Shown: positions 34,393 to 46,132, counted from the stretch's first letter. The stretch is 64,000 nt of DNA from Macrostomum lignano (GCA_002269645.1 NIVC01002066.1:143687-207686); one strand, 5' to 3'. The notes: a model not told the origin generated them from the sequence alone. Numbers and translations: made by a program.

Positions 34393-35451
34393 CTAGTTTT
34401 TTGCTTCCTCCACAGCGTCGCCGCCGACGCTGGCCGGACGGTGCTGGTGTGCGGGGTGCAGCCGGCCGCAGTCGCGCAGCTTGCAGACGTGACGGTATCT
34501 ACAGGAGGACCGCTGGCAGCCGGCAGGGGAGTTGTAGCTTAGGCAGATGGGAGCTTGCGACTGGTTGGATGCTGGTCTGCTTAGGGTGACTTTTAAGTTT
34601 CTTGGTGCGTTAAGGTGTCGGTGGTACAGCTGTGGAGGCTCGCAGCCCCATCGATGCGAATCCGAGTCGGCGATCAACTTTCTGTAATCCTCATCGAATT
34701 CCCACACGACACTTGGGCTGTAGTTAGCGTCTAAGAGCTCGCCGATCTTCTGTGAGTACTCCAGATAGCCTTTTAGTTCGTCAACATTGACAGATCTATC
34801 CTCATTAATGTGAATCAGCGACCCATCATCAACTAGTCGAAGCAAAATCTTAGAGTTCCCTGCAATCCACTGGCCGACAGAGATTTTCCCCAAGCTGGGT
34901 GGCTGCTTCTTAAAGACCAGGTTCCCGTTCTCCATGCAGGCTGTGAGGCTCTCATTAGGTTGATTTGAACTGGGCTTGACAAAATCGCGAATCAGATAAG
35001 CCCTGCTAGGCTTTTTGTCACACTGGCTTCTGCCGGGATCTGTAAGAGCGCCGCCTAACAAAAACGCCTCATGCAAGCCAGCATTTTCTCCCCGCTCACC
35101 TTGTTGTGGAGGTTCCTGAGACCGGTGGTTCTGCGACTGATTGAGCTCGCTTTGCAGTTGTGCGCGGCGCCGAGTCAGAGCTTCAATCTCCAGCTGCTCG
35201 ACCTCCTTCCTCAGAGCCGCCAGGTCGCTCGCCGCGCTCCCTGAAGCTCCGTGTCCACCCGTCGAATGTCCAGCGTCGATGGTGTCTGAGTTGAGGCTTG
35301 CGTCGTGACTTTTTGCTGCAGCTGGATACTCAGACATAGCACGCAGGTGTCTGTGTAGACGCTCATAGAGTTGTTGTTTACGACCAGCTTGTGAGAGGCC
35401 TCGCTGAGCTAGCTCTTGTTTGAGCTGTTTAGTTGTGCGTGCACTTTCCAT
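34393..35451 (-). CDS. Ngaro gag-like ORF1 with N-terminal SAP motif and C-terminal Cys/His finger (352 aa)
   Basis: ATG at 35451 just inside repeat A1. TTKQLKQELAQRGLSQAGRKQQLYERL fits the SAP consensus; CLSYNSPAGCQRSSCRYRHVCKLRDCGRLHPAHQH at the C-terminus. Confidence 0.8.
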   Translation of the reverse strand: MESARTTKQLKQELAQRGLSQAGRKQQLYERLHRHLRAMSEYPAAAKSHDASLNSDTIDAGHSTGGHGASGSAASDLAALRKEVEQLEIEALTRRRAQLQSELNQSQNHRSQEPPQQGERGENAGLHEAFLLGGALTDPGRSQCDKKPSRAYLIRDFVKPSSNQPNESLTACMENGNLVFKKQPPSLGKISVGQWIAGNSKILLRLVDDGSLIHINEDRSVNVDELKGYLEYSQKIGELLDANYSPSVVWEFDEDYRKLIADSDSHRWGCEPPQLYHRHLNAPRNLKVTLSRPASNQSQAPICLSYNSPAGCQRSSCRYRHVCKLRDCGRLHPAHQHRPASVGGDAVEEAKN

Positions 35452-36103
35452 AATGGTAAAATTTTGAGCTGCAAAGCCAAAGCGAGCGACGGGGCACAGA
35501 GGGCGGCGTGCAAATAAATAAGCGGGTGAGCAAACCCCCCACCCCACGGGGGGTAGAGAGGACGGAGCACAAAGGCGGCACAATGCACAGCGCGAGGGGT
35601 GGATGGCTAACACCCATTTCACTCCAGGCTCACAAAAGAGCCTAAGAGAAATGGAGGCATTCATAGTTAAACAACAGACCAGATTACAGAATATTACCAG
35701 ATGTGGACCAGATTGTGGACCAGATTGACATAAACCAAAGCAATTTAAAAGAATAATCGTAAAAATAAAATCACATATCATACCAGTAAAAAGGTTTTAA
35801 TTAATCAGCCTCTATCTCAAAAAGCCGACTGCCTTCTTATTAACTGGGTAACTGCAAGAGATTACACAAAACCAGACATAAAACTCAAGAGGTCTCAAAT
35901 TCAAGAATGTAACAATCTCGGTTTTTACCTAAAAACCTAGTTTAAACAATAATAAGAAACATTTTGAAGGGTTTGTAAAAAATATTCATTAGAAGTGTAA
36001 ATTACCTTTAATATTGTTTTAAAGTTTATTCATCTTTATTTAATTGTTATCATTACTTAGTAGGTTAGCTACTTTTTGAATCATTTTTCATGACACTTTA
36101 TGT

Positions 36104-36380
36104 GGAGGGCTGGACTGCTTTACTACCGTGTAGGTGTTGCGGTCCGAAACTGATATTGAAAAAAAATTTGCCTCAACTCATTAGTAAAAATACTTCCATA
36201 ATGACCACCGATAATAAGCAGTGAAAGTCACAAAATTACCTGAGTAGCTCAGAGAGAACACAAGAGTTGCGGTACATGCCGCCACATTTCTGCATCGGGT
36301 TTCCGTAGCAGGCCATGCTGCAGTTGCCTTCACCCACCAAGCCATGGGATCCGTACGAGTTGCTGTAGAGTATTCTGCCT
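36104..36380 (-). pseudogene. WSC+PAN internal fragment (end of WSC, intron, start of PAN exon)
   Basis: NSYGSHGLVGEGNCSMACYGNPMQKCGGMYRNSCVLSELL-like segment, CAG|GTAATT donor, and an exon-2 start matching copy 4. Confidence 0.75.
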
Positions 36381-36479
36381 CCCTCATAAATTTGTAAAAA
36401 TGGTTAACATACTACTTATAAATTTTTATTCAGTAGTATACTAAGTAGCATGTATAAAGATGTGCGCTGAACTATACAT

Positions 36480-37010
36480 ATATTTTAATCAACCAATCAA
36501 AAGAAAGAAAAGTCGGTCATGCTATTTTTGGCAACCGACCAATCACGCGTGACCTACAATTGTCAAGTTAAACTCCATCTGCGATTCATCATTGGTCACG
36601 TACGGCCTACGTTTGTCAGTTCAAACCCCACCTGCGATTCATCATTTGGCTTGCACCCGGTTTGCACCCGGATGAACCAATCAAAGTCTACCAGCTACAA
36701 TAACCAATCATGCGCTTTTACAGTAGACTAGTTGCGCAACTTTCTACCCTGTCATGCTTGACAGCCACCGAATCGTGACCCTTTGACATTTGCGAAGACA
36801 GTGATGAATGACCTCGAGAGAGGTCCGAACGCTTATAAATACAAGTGGTCCGGAGCGGACCCGGAGCCAACAATTTCAATGAAAAGTTCAATGAAATTGA
36901 AAAGTCAATGAATGAGTCGACGAAGCATCAATATTTACTTATGCACAGGACTTAAAGTTTGCGAGTTACATTTAAAGGTAGAGGTAAGGGTAAATACCTG
37001 CCGTTCTTCC
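36480..37010 (+). promoter_or_regulatory. Orphan Pol II promoter (CCAAT cluster, TATA, GTAAGG donor), probably LTR-derived
   Basis: At least four CCAATCA boxes at 36490-36710 and TATAAAT at 36834. A 38-bp core is shared with 41140-41177. Confidence 0.5.
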
Positions 37011-37039
37011 AACTAAGAATCTACTTCTGACTAGTTAGA

Positions 37040-37652
37040 GCGGATCCAGTTTTGTGAGGCGCATCCAGTTTTGTGAGGTGGATCCAGTTTTGTGAGGTGG
37101 ATCCAGTTTGGGGGGAGGATCCAGTTTGGGGGGAGGATACAGTTTGGGGGGAGGATCCAGTTTGGGGGAGGATCCAGTTTGGGGGGAGGATACAGTTTGG
37201 GGGGAGGATCCAGTTTGGGGGGAGGATCCAGTTTGGGGGGAGGATCCAGTTTGGGGGGAGGATACAGTTTGGGGGGAGGATCCAGTTTGGGGGGAGGATC
37301 CAGTTTGGGGGGAGGATCCAGTTTGGGGGGAGGATCCAGTTTGGGGGAGGATCCAGTTTGGGGGGAGGATCCAGTTTGGGGGGAGGATCCAGATCCAGTT
37401 TAAGGGGCGGATTCAGATCCAGTTTGGGGGTAGGATTCAAATCCAATTTGGGGGGAGGATGCAGTTGGGAGGTCGGCGGATTCTGTTGGGGGGAGGATTC
37501 AGTTTGGGGGCGGATCCAGTTGGGGGGGGATACAGTTGGGGGGCGGATCCAATTTGGAGGGGGGATCCAGTTGGGGGGGGGGGGCAGATCCAATTTGGGT
37601 TGGCGGATCCAGTTTGGAGGGGGGATACAGTTTGGGGGCGGATCCAGTTTGA
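37040..37652. repeat. 19-20-bp G-rich minisatellite (GGGGGGAGGATCCAGTTT)n
   Basis: Read directly; same GGATCCAGTTT family as 661-1302, degenerating towards 37650. Confidence 0.95.
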
Positions 37653-38499
37653 GGCAGTAGCTAAACTATCTTGTATAAGAGAAGTGGCTGCTTGGCTTGA
37701 AGGATCTTATTAAGCTTCTAAGGTGTGCGGACAGTCAGAGAGAATAAAAACAGTTTTTTGGCTAGCGGTTCCCTAACTCTTTCTGGTCTCCATATCAAGT
37801 TCGCAGCACTGCCCAGGTGTAGCTCATGCATTTCCCAGTGGTTATTTGAGGGAAGTAGTGTGCAGTTGCTCCAGATACATACGCTGAAACTATGAAACCC
37901 TGTGAAAGATGCTTGGTTAAATTTTCAGGAAACCACGGGCAGGGAGCAAGTGCTTAGTAGCAACCCGGGTGCTAGTATTAGTAGTAGAGGCCTTCATCCA
38001 GCTTCTTCTCACATTTCTACATTTCTGCATGCGTCAAATGCTTCTTTCACATTTGTCTTTGAGTCGCCAAATTTACATTAGGGAGGTTAGGGCGTAACTT
38101 TGTTGAATTACAAATATTTGGCCTTTAGACCTTCGCTTAACCGCTTAGTCAGATGGAAGACCCAGGAAACTAAGCGTAAGAGATTCCATGTCAAACATTT
38201 GATGCAGTCAACCACACAGTTTCCATGCATATAGATCTCTGAAACTGACGAAACTGTGAAAAACATTGGGTATTTACTCTAAAGTTTTTAGCTTGCTCTA
38301 CTGTGGAGGAAAAACTTTGAATATTAAAGACTATCCAAATTTTTTTATCCCAATGGAACGTTAAGTGTCTGATTTTTGTTTTCACTGTCTCGAGCTCAAA
38401 GCTGTGTTGCTTTCTATCAAAGCAGGTCATTTCTGCATGTTTGCTTGAGTTCATGCTCAGCTCATCAACTGAGCCAGTCGGTCACCGCACCGCTCGAGC

Positions 38500-38975
38500 T
38501 CAGCAACGCTCGAACAGAGTCCACTCGGGTTCGATCAGGCAGTCCTCGACGGACTGAGCAGCGACGGGCCAAACGGAGGTGTACCAGATGTCACGGGAGG
38601 CCTGGACTGCTTCACTACCCGGCGTCCGTTTCCGTAGTAAGATAGTTCTTCGTAAACATTCAACTACTTTGCGTTGAAAGTTACAAAACATACCAGAGTA
38701 ACTCTGTGAGAACACGGAGTTACGGAATGAAGCTCCACCATTCTGTATTGAGTTTCTGGAGTATCTGTTCGACTTGCGGCAGTAGCTTTTCTATGACGTA
38801 GAGGATACCGCTGCACAGCTAGTTCGACATCTCTGTTCTCGCTCTGATACCACCGGCATTTTGAGGTCAACACTGAAACCGCCAATTATCTTGTTGATTC
38901 CAATGAGCCCTATCAAAGCCTCTGGGTGACTAATAATCGTTCTAGCCTGCAGGTGACGCAAGTTGGGCGAGACAT
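38500..38975 (-). pseudogene. Highly degenerate WSC+PAN copy with internal deletions
   Basis: Start context CAGTGAAATG at 38975, TTGCGTCACCTGCAGG, GAACTAGCTGTGCAGCGG, then ...SVWPVAAQSVEDCL...PEWTLFERC* and the family 3' UTR. Confidence 0.7.
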
Positions 38976-39981
38976 TTCACTGCTGGAAGAGAAGCAATTG
39001 GGATGTCTAGGGAATCTGTATCTCCATCACCATCAGAGCATGCGGATTTATAACATGCGTACACGTACATTTTGAAGCAGCTAAAACATAAATAAACTAG
39101 CTTAAAGGCTTTCAAAGCAGAAGTGTCAAATTCTCACTGATGCACCCTGATGCACACGGATCAGGAGTCCCAGACACGATATTTTTTGTTGTGTTTGTGT
39201 ATGGGTTCTATCTATGGTAGTATAAATCGCGGATTCCCATCGGCAGTCGATGAAACGCAGAGTGCGCTCCTATCTTAGATAGTTGGGTGCCTGATGCAAT
39301 AGGAGTAACATCATCTGCACCAGCTGTAAGCATTTCGACTCGTCGCAGATGATGAGGCCTGTCAGCTGGAGTCACCAACGGCGCAACGGCTGCTTGAACG
39401 AACCAGAGTGCCATTAAGGGGACTCGCTAATCGCTTTATACTACTGTGTGCCTATAAGGAGGGCTTCCGCAGGAGGTCCTTCGGGGCTGATTACCACATT
39501 TTATGTCGTGGTATCTATATCACCTTCAGACCGATGGTAGCTTTTTCGAGGTGTATATTTTTAGTGTTAGTGTGGCTACCGTAAGAAGTGGATGCAGAGA
39601 GGTAGAGTGGTTGGGATCAGAGATTGGGTATGCGATGGGGCTGGCTGAAGTAAAAATATTTTGTATATGGGGAGAAATTTTCTCCAGTAGCTCTACTGAA
39701 AGTAGCATCAATAAATAATTAACGGTCATATTTCGCAAATTAATGAAATTTGAAACCCAAAAACAAGCTCGTAGTATGTGTGTGTACGTTTATTTAGAAA
39801 ATTGAGATTAATTGGGAGAAGCTTAAAACGAATGGCAGTTGCCTTCAGTCAATAGTTACTAGTTACTTTTGACACAGCACGTTGAATTATTGAATAAATG
39901 CGAGTTTTTCCGTCAGTTCTCAACATATTTTCCTTGTGCTCTCCTAAATAATGTTCAAAGGGTCTTCAGAGGAGTTTAATC

Positions 39982-41865
39982 TGTTATTCGGACTTTATCA
40001 TTACAGTAGCGGTAAACGCGTCTTACTGTCGCAAAACACGACCGTCTGGCCACCCGAGTGACCAACTGGCTCAGTTGATGAGCTGGTTGATAAAGATCTG
40101 TAGCGAATCGCATCGCTTCTGGACTCTGTCGCTGAAACAAACATGCAACGGATGGGACAAGAAGGTTGGGCCCGGAGGATTCGTGTACAGAGCCAGCTCA
40201 GAGAGGCTGCGCCGATGTAAGCATCGCAGAACTCCGGCACATCTTTATAGAGTAGATCCAAAAAGCATTTAGGAACAAGTCGTGAAAAAAAGTTGGAGCG
40301 TCTTGGCACCAGACCGAATTGGTAGTCTACAGTCTACATTATCCTGTATACTACTCGTACTTTGAAGTTTCACAATACATTTACATGAAGATTGAGTTCT
40401 CTAAGATTTACGAGTGGTGTCCCAAAAGTAGTGTTACTTTTCACTATATCTCTCATTCTACTGATCCAAATAACATCATTTTGCACAGACTTATAGCGGC
40501 AACTCTCTTCTTCATATTAACTTTAACATCATTTTAAAAATAGACAATGGAAAAAAAGTTATGAACTAAAATGTAGCAGGACCTCGACCATAGACTTACA
40601 GTTATTGACAAGCTAGCGGAAAGTAGCAAAAGTACTTTTGATTGAATGAACTCAGACTTCTTTGTTAGGCTGCTGTGACAAAGAGATATCTATAGAAAAA
40701 CTTGGAGAAGCATATAGCTTTTAAAGCAACAGAATATTTCAAACTAGGCTTCAGCTTTATTGCTTTTTGTTCCCTCCTTCTGCTGCTGGAAAGCCATGCA
40801 AATTATGAAGAGGGCTGCGATTAAAATATTAAAAGCGTCACTTCGGTAACGGAGAAGCAGTTCTGTAGATAAAGATGGAAGAAAGGCCGGAAATCCGCGC
40901 TAGACCCAGGGCCTGCTGTCACGGAAACCTGTAGAGTGTGCTACCTCCCGTTAAAAAGGTAAAAAGAAGTTAATCGTAGAATGCTACTATAAGTAAGTAA
41001 GTACACACATGTGCACCTAAATTTTGAATGAACCACGCTACCAGGAAAAGATGTTACCAGAAAAATACGCCATGAGCCATTTTTCCCTTTTAGCGCAACA
41101 CGTGAATTGTAATGATATTATTTTGGACCGAAAAACGCCTATAAATACAAGCGGTCCGAAGCGGACCAGGAGCCAACTCTCGACGAGAGGAGAAGCTCCG
41201 AAGAGGAAGCCTTAGGAGGACTTCCTGATCAACCAAGTCAATCGAGACTCGGTCGAGTCGTAGCGGTAAGCCTTCCTTATTTGCGCCCGTTGTGTTAGAG
41301 ACGTCTCGCTCAAGTCTATTGAGACTTGAGTTTATTTGAGTCTGTTGAGACTCTTGAGTCTGTTTAGACTCCACTGGTTGCAGTCTCCAGAAGGACTGCC
41401 CCTGAGAGATCTTAGGAGACTATCAGTGGTTTCCGGAGCTATACCTAGAGTGCATATAAGCACTGCTAGAAGAAGGAGGCTTAATTCAAACCGCAGTTCG
41501 GCGCAGGGTACCCATTGTTGATACGAGGCCTCTGATTGGTCCTGACTGAAGATACCGGCCGGAGGAACTTATCGGAAGTACAAGAGGAACCAGGACCAGA
41601 GCAACTGAAGAATCAAGGCGCCTGATCTACGAGATCACAAAGAGATCCAAGCGAGATCTACTCGAAGACTACAGAAGAGATATCTCCAAGCGACGTCAAG
41701 GTAAGAAGTATCTTTAATTGATAACTGGGTTGCCTAGCAAAGTAGCTAGAAGTGATTGTTCCTTGATTATCGAAAGTCAGGTAATAAGGAACACATCAAA
41801 CCCAGCCAAAACAGGAGCCGCTGGCGCCCAGAAAATAAAGAACGATGGCCGCAACGTGGCTTACA
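39982..41865 (+). mobile_element. Probable solo LTR (1884 bp)
   Basis: TGT...ACA termini flanked by AATC on both sides (39978-39981, 41866-41869); TATAAAT at 41140, GTAAG donors at about 41267 and 41701, AATAAA at about 41834. No coding domains. The short TSD could match by chance. Confidence 0.55.
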
Positions 41866-42403
41866 AATCTAAATTTAAGTTAGGACAATAAGCTGTTTTT
41901 TTTAAATACACTTGTAGATTTCCCAGAATTTCTTTAGTCAGACAGCTACATGCATATACGACTTTTTTAAATGCACCAAACGCTTCTCTTGAGCATATCC
42001 GTTTAGGGAATAAAATCAGAGATATTCATTCCGCCTCTATCCTGCTTCTCTGCACATACGGAATCGAATTTTTTAAGTTTTACCAATGTGAAGACTTGCA
42101 GTTTTTGCTTCAAAAAGCTGAACGATTCCAAGCCGTCTAGTAAAACATCGAGCGGAAGTGTCACTATAGTTTTGAATGCATGTGGCACAAAAGAACAATG
42201 TAAAGCAACGGATGCTTGAGTCAAATATGTTGCTTTTGCAGTAGAATAATAAATAGTTCAAGGTCTTAAATTTTATTTGTCTCAAAACGAGGCATTGACG
42301 CGCTAAAACCAGGTCGTTACAATTCGCTTGAGTCCATGCTCAGCTCACCAAATGAGCCAGTCGGTCACCGCACCGCTCGAGCTCAGCCACGCACGAACAG
42401 AGT

Positions 42404-43118
42404 CTACTCGGGCCCGCTCAGGTTGCCAGGCGGGTACACGAACTCCAGCAGGTGGCAGGCGAGCTCCTGTCGGGAGAAAACGGCGGCCCGGCAGTCGGCT
42501 CTGGCGCTGCACCAGAGCAGGCAGTCCTCGACGGACTGGGCAGCGACAGGCCAGACGGAAGTGGCACCGGATGTCACGGGAGGGCTGGACGGCTTCACTA
42601 CCGTGTAGGTGTTGCGGTCCGAAACTGAAGTTGAATGAAAGTGCATAGTCTCATACTTCCATAATGACAGCCGCTACTGAGCAGTAACAGAAAATTACAA
42701 AAGTACCTGAGTAGCTCAGTGAGAACACAGAATTGCAATAGTAACCGCCACATTTTTGCTGTTGGTTTCCGGAGCAAGCATTGCTGCAGTTGCCTTCACC
42801 CACCAAGCCATGGGATCCGTACGAGTTGCCGCAGTAGCACTCTTTGCCGTGCTGCACACCGAAGTAGGCGAATTTTCCCGCCGAGCAGACGCCGCTGCAC
42901 AGCTCGTGCGACATCTCAGTGCTTAGCCATACTCGATCTTCACTAACGACATCGAATCCGCCAAGTTTTGTGAGCCCTCTGAGTCCGTTTAAGTCCCTGA
43001 GTGACCCATGGTCTTTATAGCAGCCCAGGTAGGAGAAGCGGGCGAGTCTGCAGGTGACGCAAGTCAGCAGGAGGGCAGCGCAGAGCAGAACGGGCAGAGC
43101 GGCTGCTGGACGGAACAT
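42404..43118 (-). CDS. WSC+PAN gene copy 4, C-terminally truncated by TGG>TAG (210 aa)
   Basis: Exon 43118-42707, 82-bp intron, exon 42624-42404. The premature stop removes WTLFVRG; the normal stop is at 42385-42383. Confidence 0.8.
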
Positions 43119-44913
43119 TTCGCTGCTCGGTGAGAGGCTTGGGGTGACGGTTAGTTTCTGCAACGCTCCAGGTTTTAAAAGTGTCGAAACGTGACCGATT
43201 CAGATGGGAACGCTGTTTGACCAATCGGCGGTGTTTTGGAGAAGCGTGTCGCCCTCCATTGGGCAGTTAGGGATTTCTGATTTCCTACTCATACTTGAAG
43301 GGCATGCCAATCTTTGAGAACAAAATAGACAATTGGCAGAAATACACAGGGTCTAATGACCCCAGGTCCCGCACACAATGGTGTGGTGAACTAATTGTGC
43401 AGGATGAGACTGGTTTGGCCTCTTACCTTAGCCAGTGATGCTCTCACCTGCCTCTATTCAGTGGGACGATAGTTCAAGCGACCTTGACTCCTATTTTGCA
43501 CATTGCAAGGTGCACTTAGAAAGGTACTCGTGCCGCAGGTGTTAAGGCAGGCCTCCTGTGTCTTGTCGAGCTGATTAGTTGGCGTAGGTGGTCCTGGTAA
43601 GACCATAAACTCACCTCTAAGGTCCCAGTGCAACTCCGTGCCAATGGAAGCTTTACCAGAGAGCAGTCTGGTAGCTTAAGGTTCCCCATGGGCCCTTGAA
43701 TCCGACGATATTGTTTCTTTGAGGATGCAGCTTGTGGCTCTGTGCATGTGTTCTCCAAGAAGTCACACCTTCATTGTCACTTTAATCCAATGGCTTCTAT
43801 TCAAAGGGTGAAGTGGATCACACAGTGCCTCAGGCTTCGGACACAGACTCAAACCAGATGTCGTGATGCCAGTGTTGGTCGGTCCGGCCCTTATATACAT
43901 TTAGATTATAATTTAGATATTTCCTCGTCAGGAACGGTGACCCAAACGCCGGCGGTCCGGAACTCGTGTCTGTCAATCTGTAGCAGATTAAGACATTTGA
44001 GGAACTTCGTACGAGCGTATGCTCAAGAAGCCACATTGTCTTATAGTAGTTGAAGTGCTCGCCGACTGAAATGGCCGATGCTGCTCGTTCCAGTGAGTTT
44101 TCTCAAAGGTCTCTACCTCCTTTGTCAACAAAGAGGTTTGCCGGCAGCGTAAACAATCAGCACAAAAAGTAGTTTTATGGGATTGAATAATAGTGTAGTT
44201 TGCCACAGACCGTTTTTTGGACGTATTTTGCGCATCATGCGCTCAGTGTAGTGCCTATAGTAGCATTTCTAGCATTCAAAAGCAGTGTTTAACTTTCTTT
44301 GTAAAAAATATTAAAACATTTGACCAGCAGACAAGCCTAACAAAAGTATAAATGCTTAACAGACAAGATTTTATTTGTAGGGGCCGCAACCACAAAGTGA
44401 CGTCAGTGTAAGCGATAAATTCAATTTAGACTACTGAGAAATGTATACAAATAAAAATTTGAATCGTAAAATGTCCTTTTAAACACAGTGTGGTCCGAAA
44501 AAAATTTTAGCCATAAAAGAAACGTTTGGCAATGGCTGAGCGATAAGACAAAACACTCCGTCTGACTCAGCGAGGTTTTATCCCCCCCTCCAAATTTTAG
44601 TGTGTCACAGTTGATATCAGCGTTCAAAACTCAGCCTTCAGCGGAGAACGACGTGGTTGCAGCCGCCACCAGATAAGTCCGCAGGAACCCACGACCTTCG
44701 CACAGGGCGAAGGCCTGCATATCAATCACTCAAAGAGCTGCGCAACCAAGCTGTGAGGCCCACCAAGACATCAGAGCGACGGATCAAGACTACGAGTCGC
44801 TCCCCCCGGAGCCGTAAATATACCAAAAATATTGTGGAAGTGTAGCTCGTCTAACAAATAGTAGGAAAATAAACGTCAACAAAAACATAAAAAGTAAACT
44901 TTGTTTAATTCTA

Positions 44914-44954
44914 GCCAACGCGTTTCGTCAATAAACACAAGACGTCGTCAGGGC
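44914..44954 (-). ncRNA. Minimal type I hammerhead ribozyme (Penelope pLTR)
   Basis: GCC-CUGACGA-C-GUC(loop)GAC-GAAAC-GC-GUU-GGC, i.e. the catalytic core with short stems I-III. Confidence 0.75.
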
Positions 44955-45595
44955 AAATTCACTCAACCTAAGATCATACCACCAATATATTTAAGCAAAA
45001 ATCACTGTACAGTCCAGAGGCGGGTCAAAACAGTCCGGTAGAATTTAGAAAGTGCCAAGTACACAACAAAGTGAGAGAGAAAAAAATAATAAAAAAGGCA
45101 CGGCTCTGCTCACAGTACTCTTAGCTCACGCTCCACCCCATTGCCAGCAAGCTGCACATTCAGGTTGGGTTTGTGCATTCTGATATACGAAGCTTCGATA
45201 ATCTTAAGCTTATGGTCAAATTTGCACCCATCCAGCACTTAAAAGAGCTGAATCGGTTCACCGTCACAGCATTTTTTACAAACAAGCAGATGGTCATTAA
45301 TCGCAGAGCTTTTTAGCCAATGTTCCCTAGCTCTAGTGTGCAGGTGTCGCTTCGTTTTTCCAATGTAGGAAACGCTCTGATCCTCAGAGCAGCGAAATTG
45401 GTAAACAACACCAGCCCTTAGAGCAAGTGGAACAGCTGATTGCCAAGTACCAAGTGCCAAGTACATAACAACTCTCACTTTGTTATGTACTTGGCACTTT
45501 CTAAATTCTACCGGACTGTTTTGACCCGCCTCTGGACTGTAACAGTGATTTTTGCTTAAATATATTGGTGCTGTGATCTTAGTTTGATTGAATTT

Positions 45596-45633
45596 GCCCT
45601 GATGACGTCTTGTGTTTGACGAAACGCGTTGGC
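45596..45633 (+). ncRNA. Minimal type I hammerhead ribozyme (inverted pLTR copy)
   Basis: GCC-CUGAUGA-C-GUC-UUGUGUUU-GAC-GAAAC-GC-GUU-GGC. Confidence 0.75.
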
Positions 45634-46132
45634 TAGAATTAAACAAAGTTTACTTTTTATGTTTTTGTTGACGTTTATTTTCCTACTACCAAAAATATCG
45701 TCTATTATAGAATTAGGCAATTGCTGCAGAGTTAAGTTTTTCATTAAATCCAGTTTTAACCAGTCACCGAGCTGTTTTACTTTTTCAATTCTATCCACCT
45801 ATACTATAAACCAGGGGTCGGCAAACTCCGGCACGAGCCTCTCTATCCGGCCCTCCGGTCCGCCGAACTTCACTATGGCAATCCGGCCCTCTCAATTCTT
45901 TACGCTAAATTCTTTTTAAAGGGTAAACCCGCTTGGCGAAAACTTCCAGTCTATAGAGCACAAAACTCACAAAGCTGCAGTTTTTGTCAGACAAAAGAAC
46001 TGAAAAGAACTGTGAGCTATGGGTTTAATAACTCATGGTGGCTGTGCAGTATCTGCGAGCCTTGTCTCATATCCGTCGGTGTATCCTAACCCTAAGCTAT
46101 GGCGGAGTCTTTTGAATGCGTGCTCCATCTAT

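Larger units (their letters stand above)
30094..35661 (-). mobile_element. Ngaro/DIRS-group tyrosine-recombinase retrotransposon with split direct repeats (A1-gag-RT/RH-YR-B1-A2-B2)
   Basis: A repeats 35463-35661 and 30254-30455; B repeats 30454-30544 and 30094-30184; A and B overlap by TT. An empty site is preserved in the paralogous module at about 22710-22725. ORFs are listed separately. Confidence 0.92.
44833..45686 (-). mobile_element. 5'-truncated Penelope-like element (GIY-YIG C-terminus) with inverted pseudo-LTR
   Basis: VVYQFRC...YIGKTKRHLHTRAREH...IIEASYIRMHKPNLNVQ (about 45430-45110, TAA at 45241). Inverted repeat of about 217 bp at 44859-45077 and 45472-45688. Flanking direct repeat TACCAAAAATAT at 44821 and 45687. 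Confidence 0.88.

Noticed and set aside
35452-35781. N-terminal 110 aa of the 462-aa ORF
   Set aside because: Spans terminal repeat A1 and host flank outside the element; the same text recurs at A2 (30147-30461).
37021-37713. GGGSSL / PPNWIL repeat ORFs
   Set aside because: Satellite translations.
39200-39500. Possible structured RNA (cUUCGg hairpin near 39478, GATGA motif)
   Set aside because: No complete ribozyme core or convincing long-range pairing could be found by eye.
43500-44650. Several 60-100 aa ORFs between WSC copy 4 and Penelope
   Set aside because: No recognisable motifs or consistent splice model.
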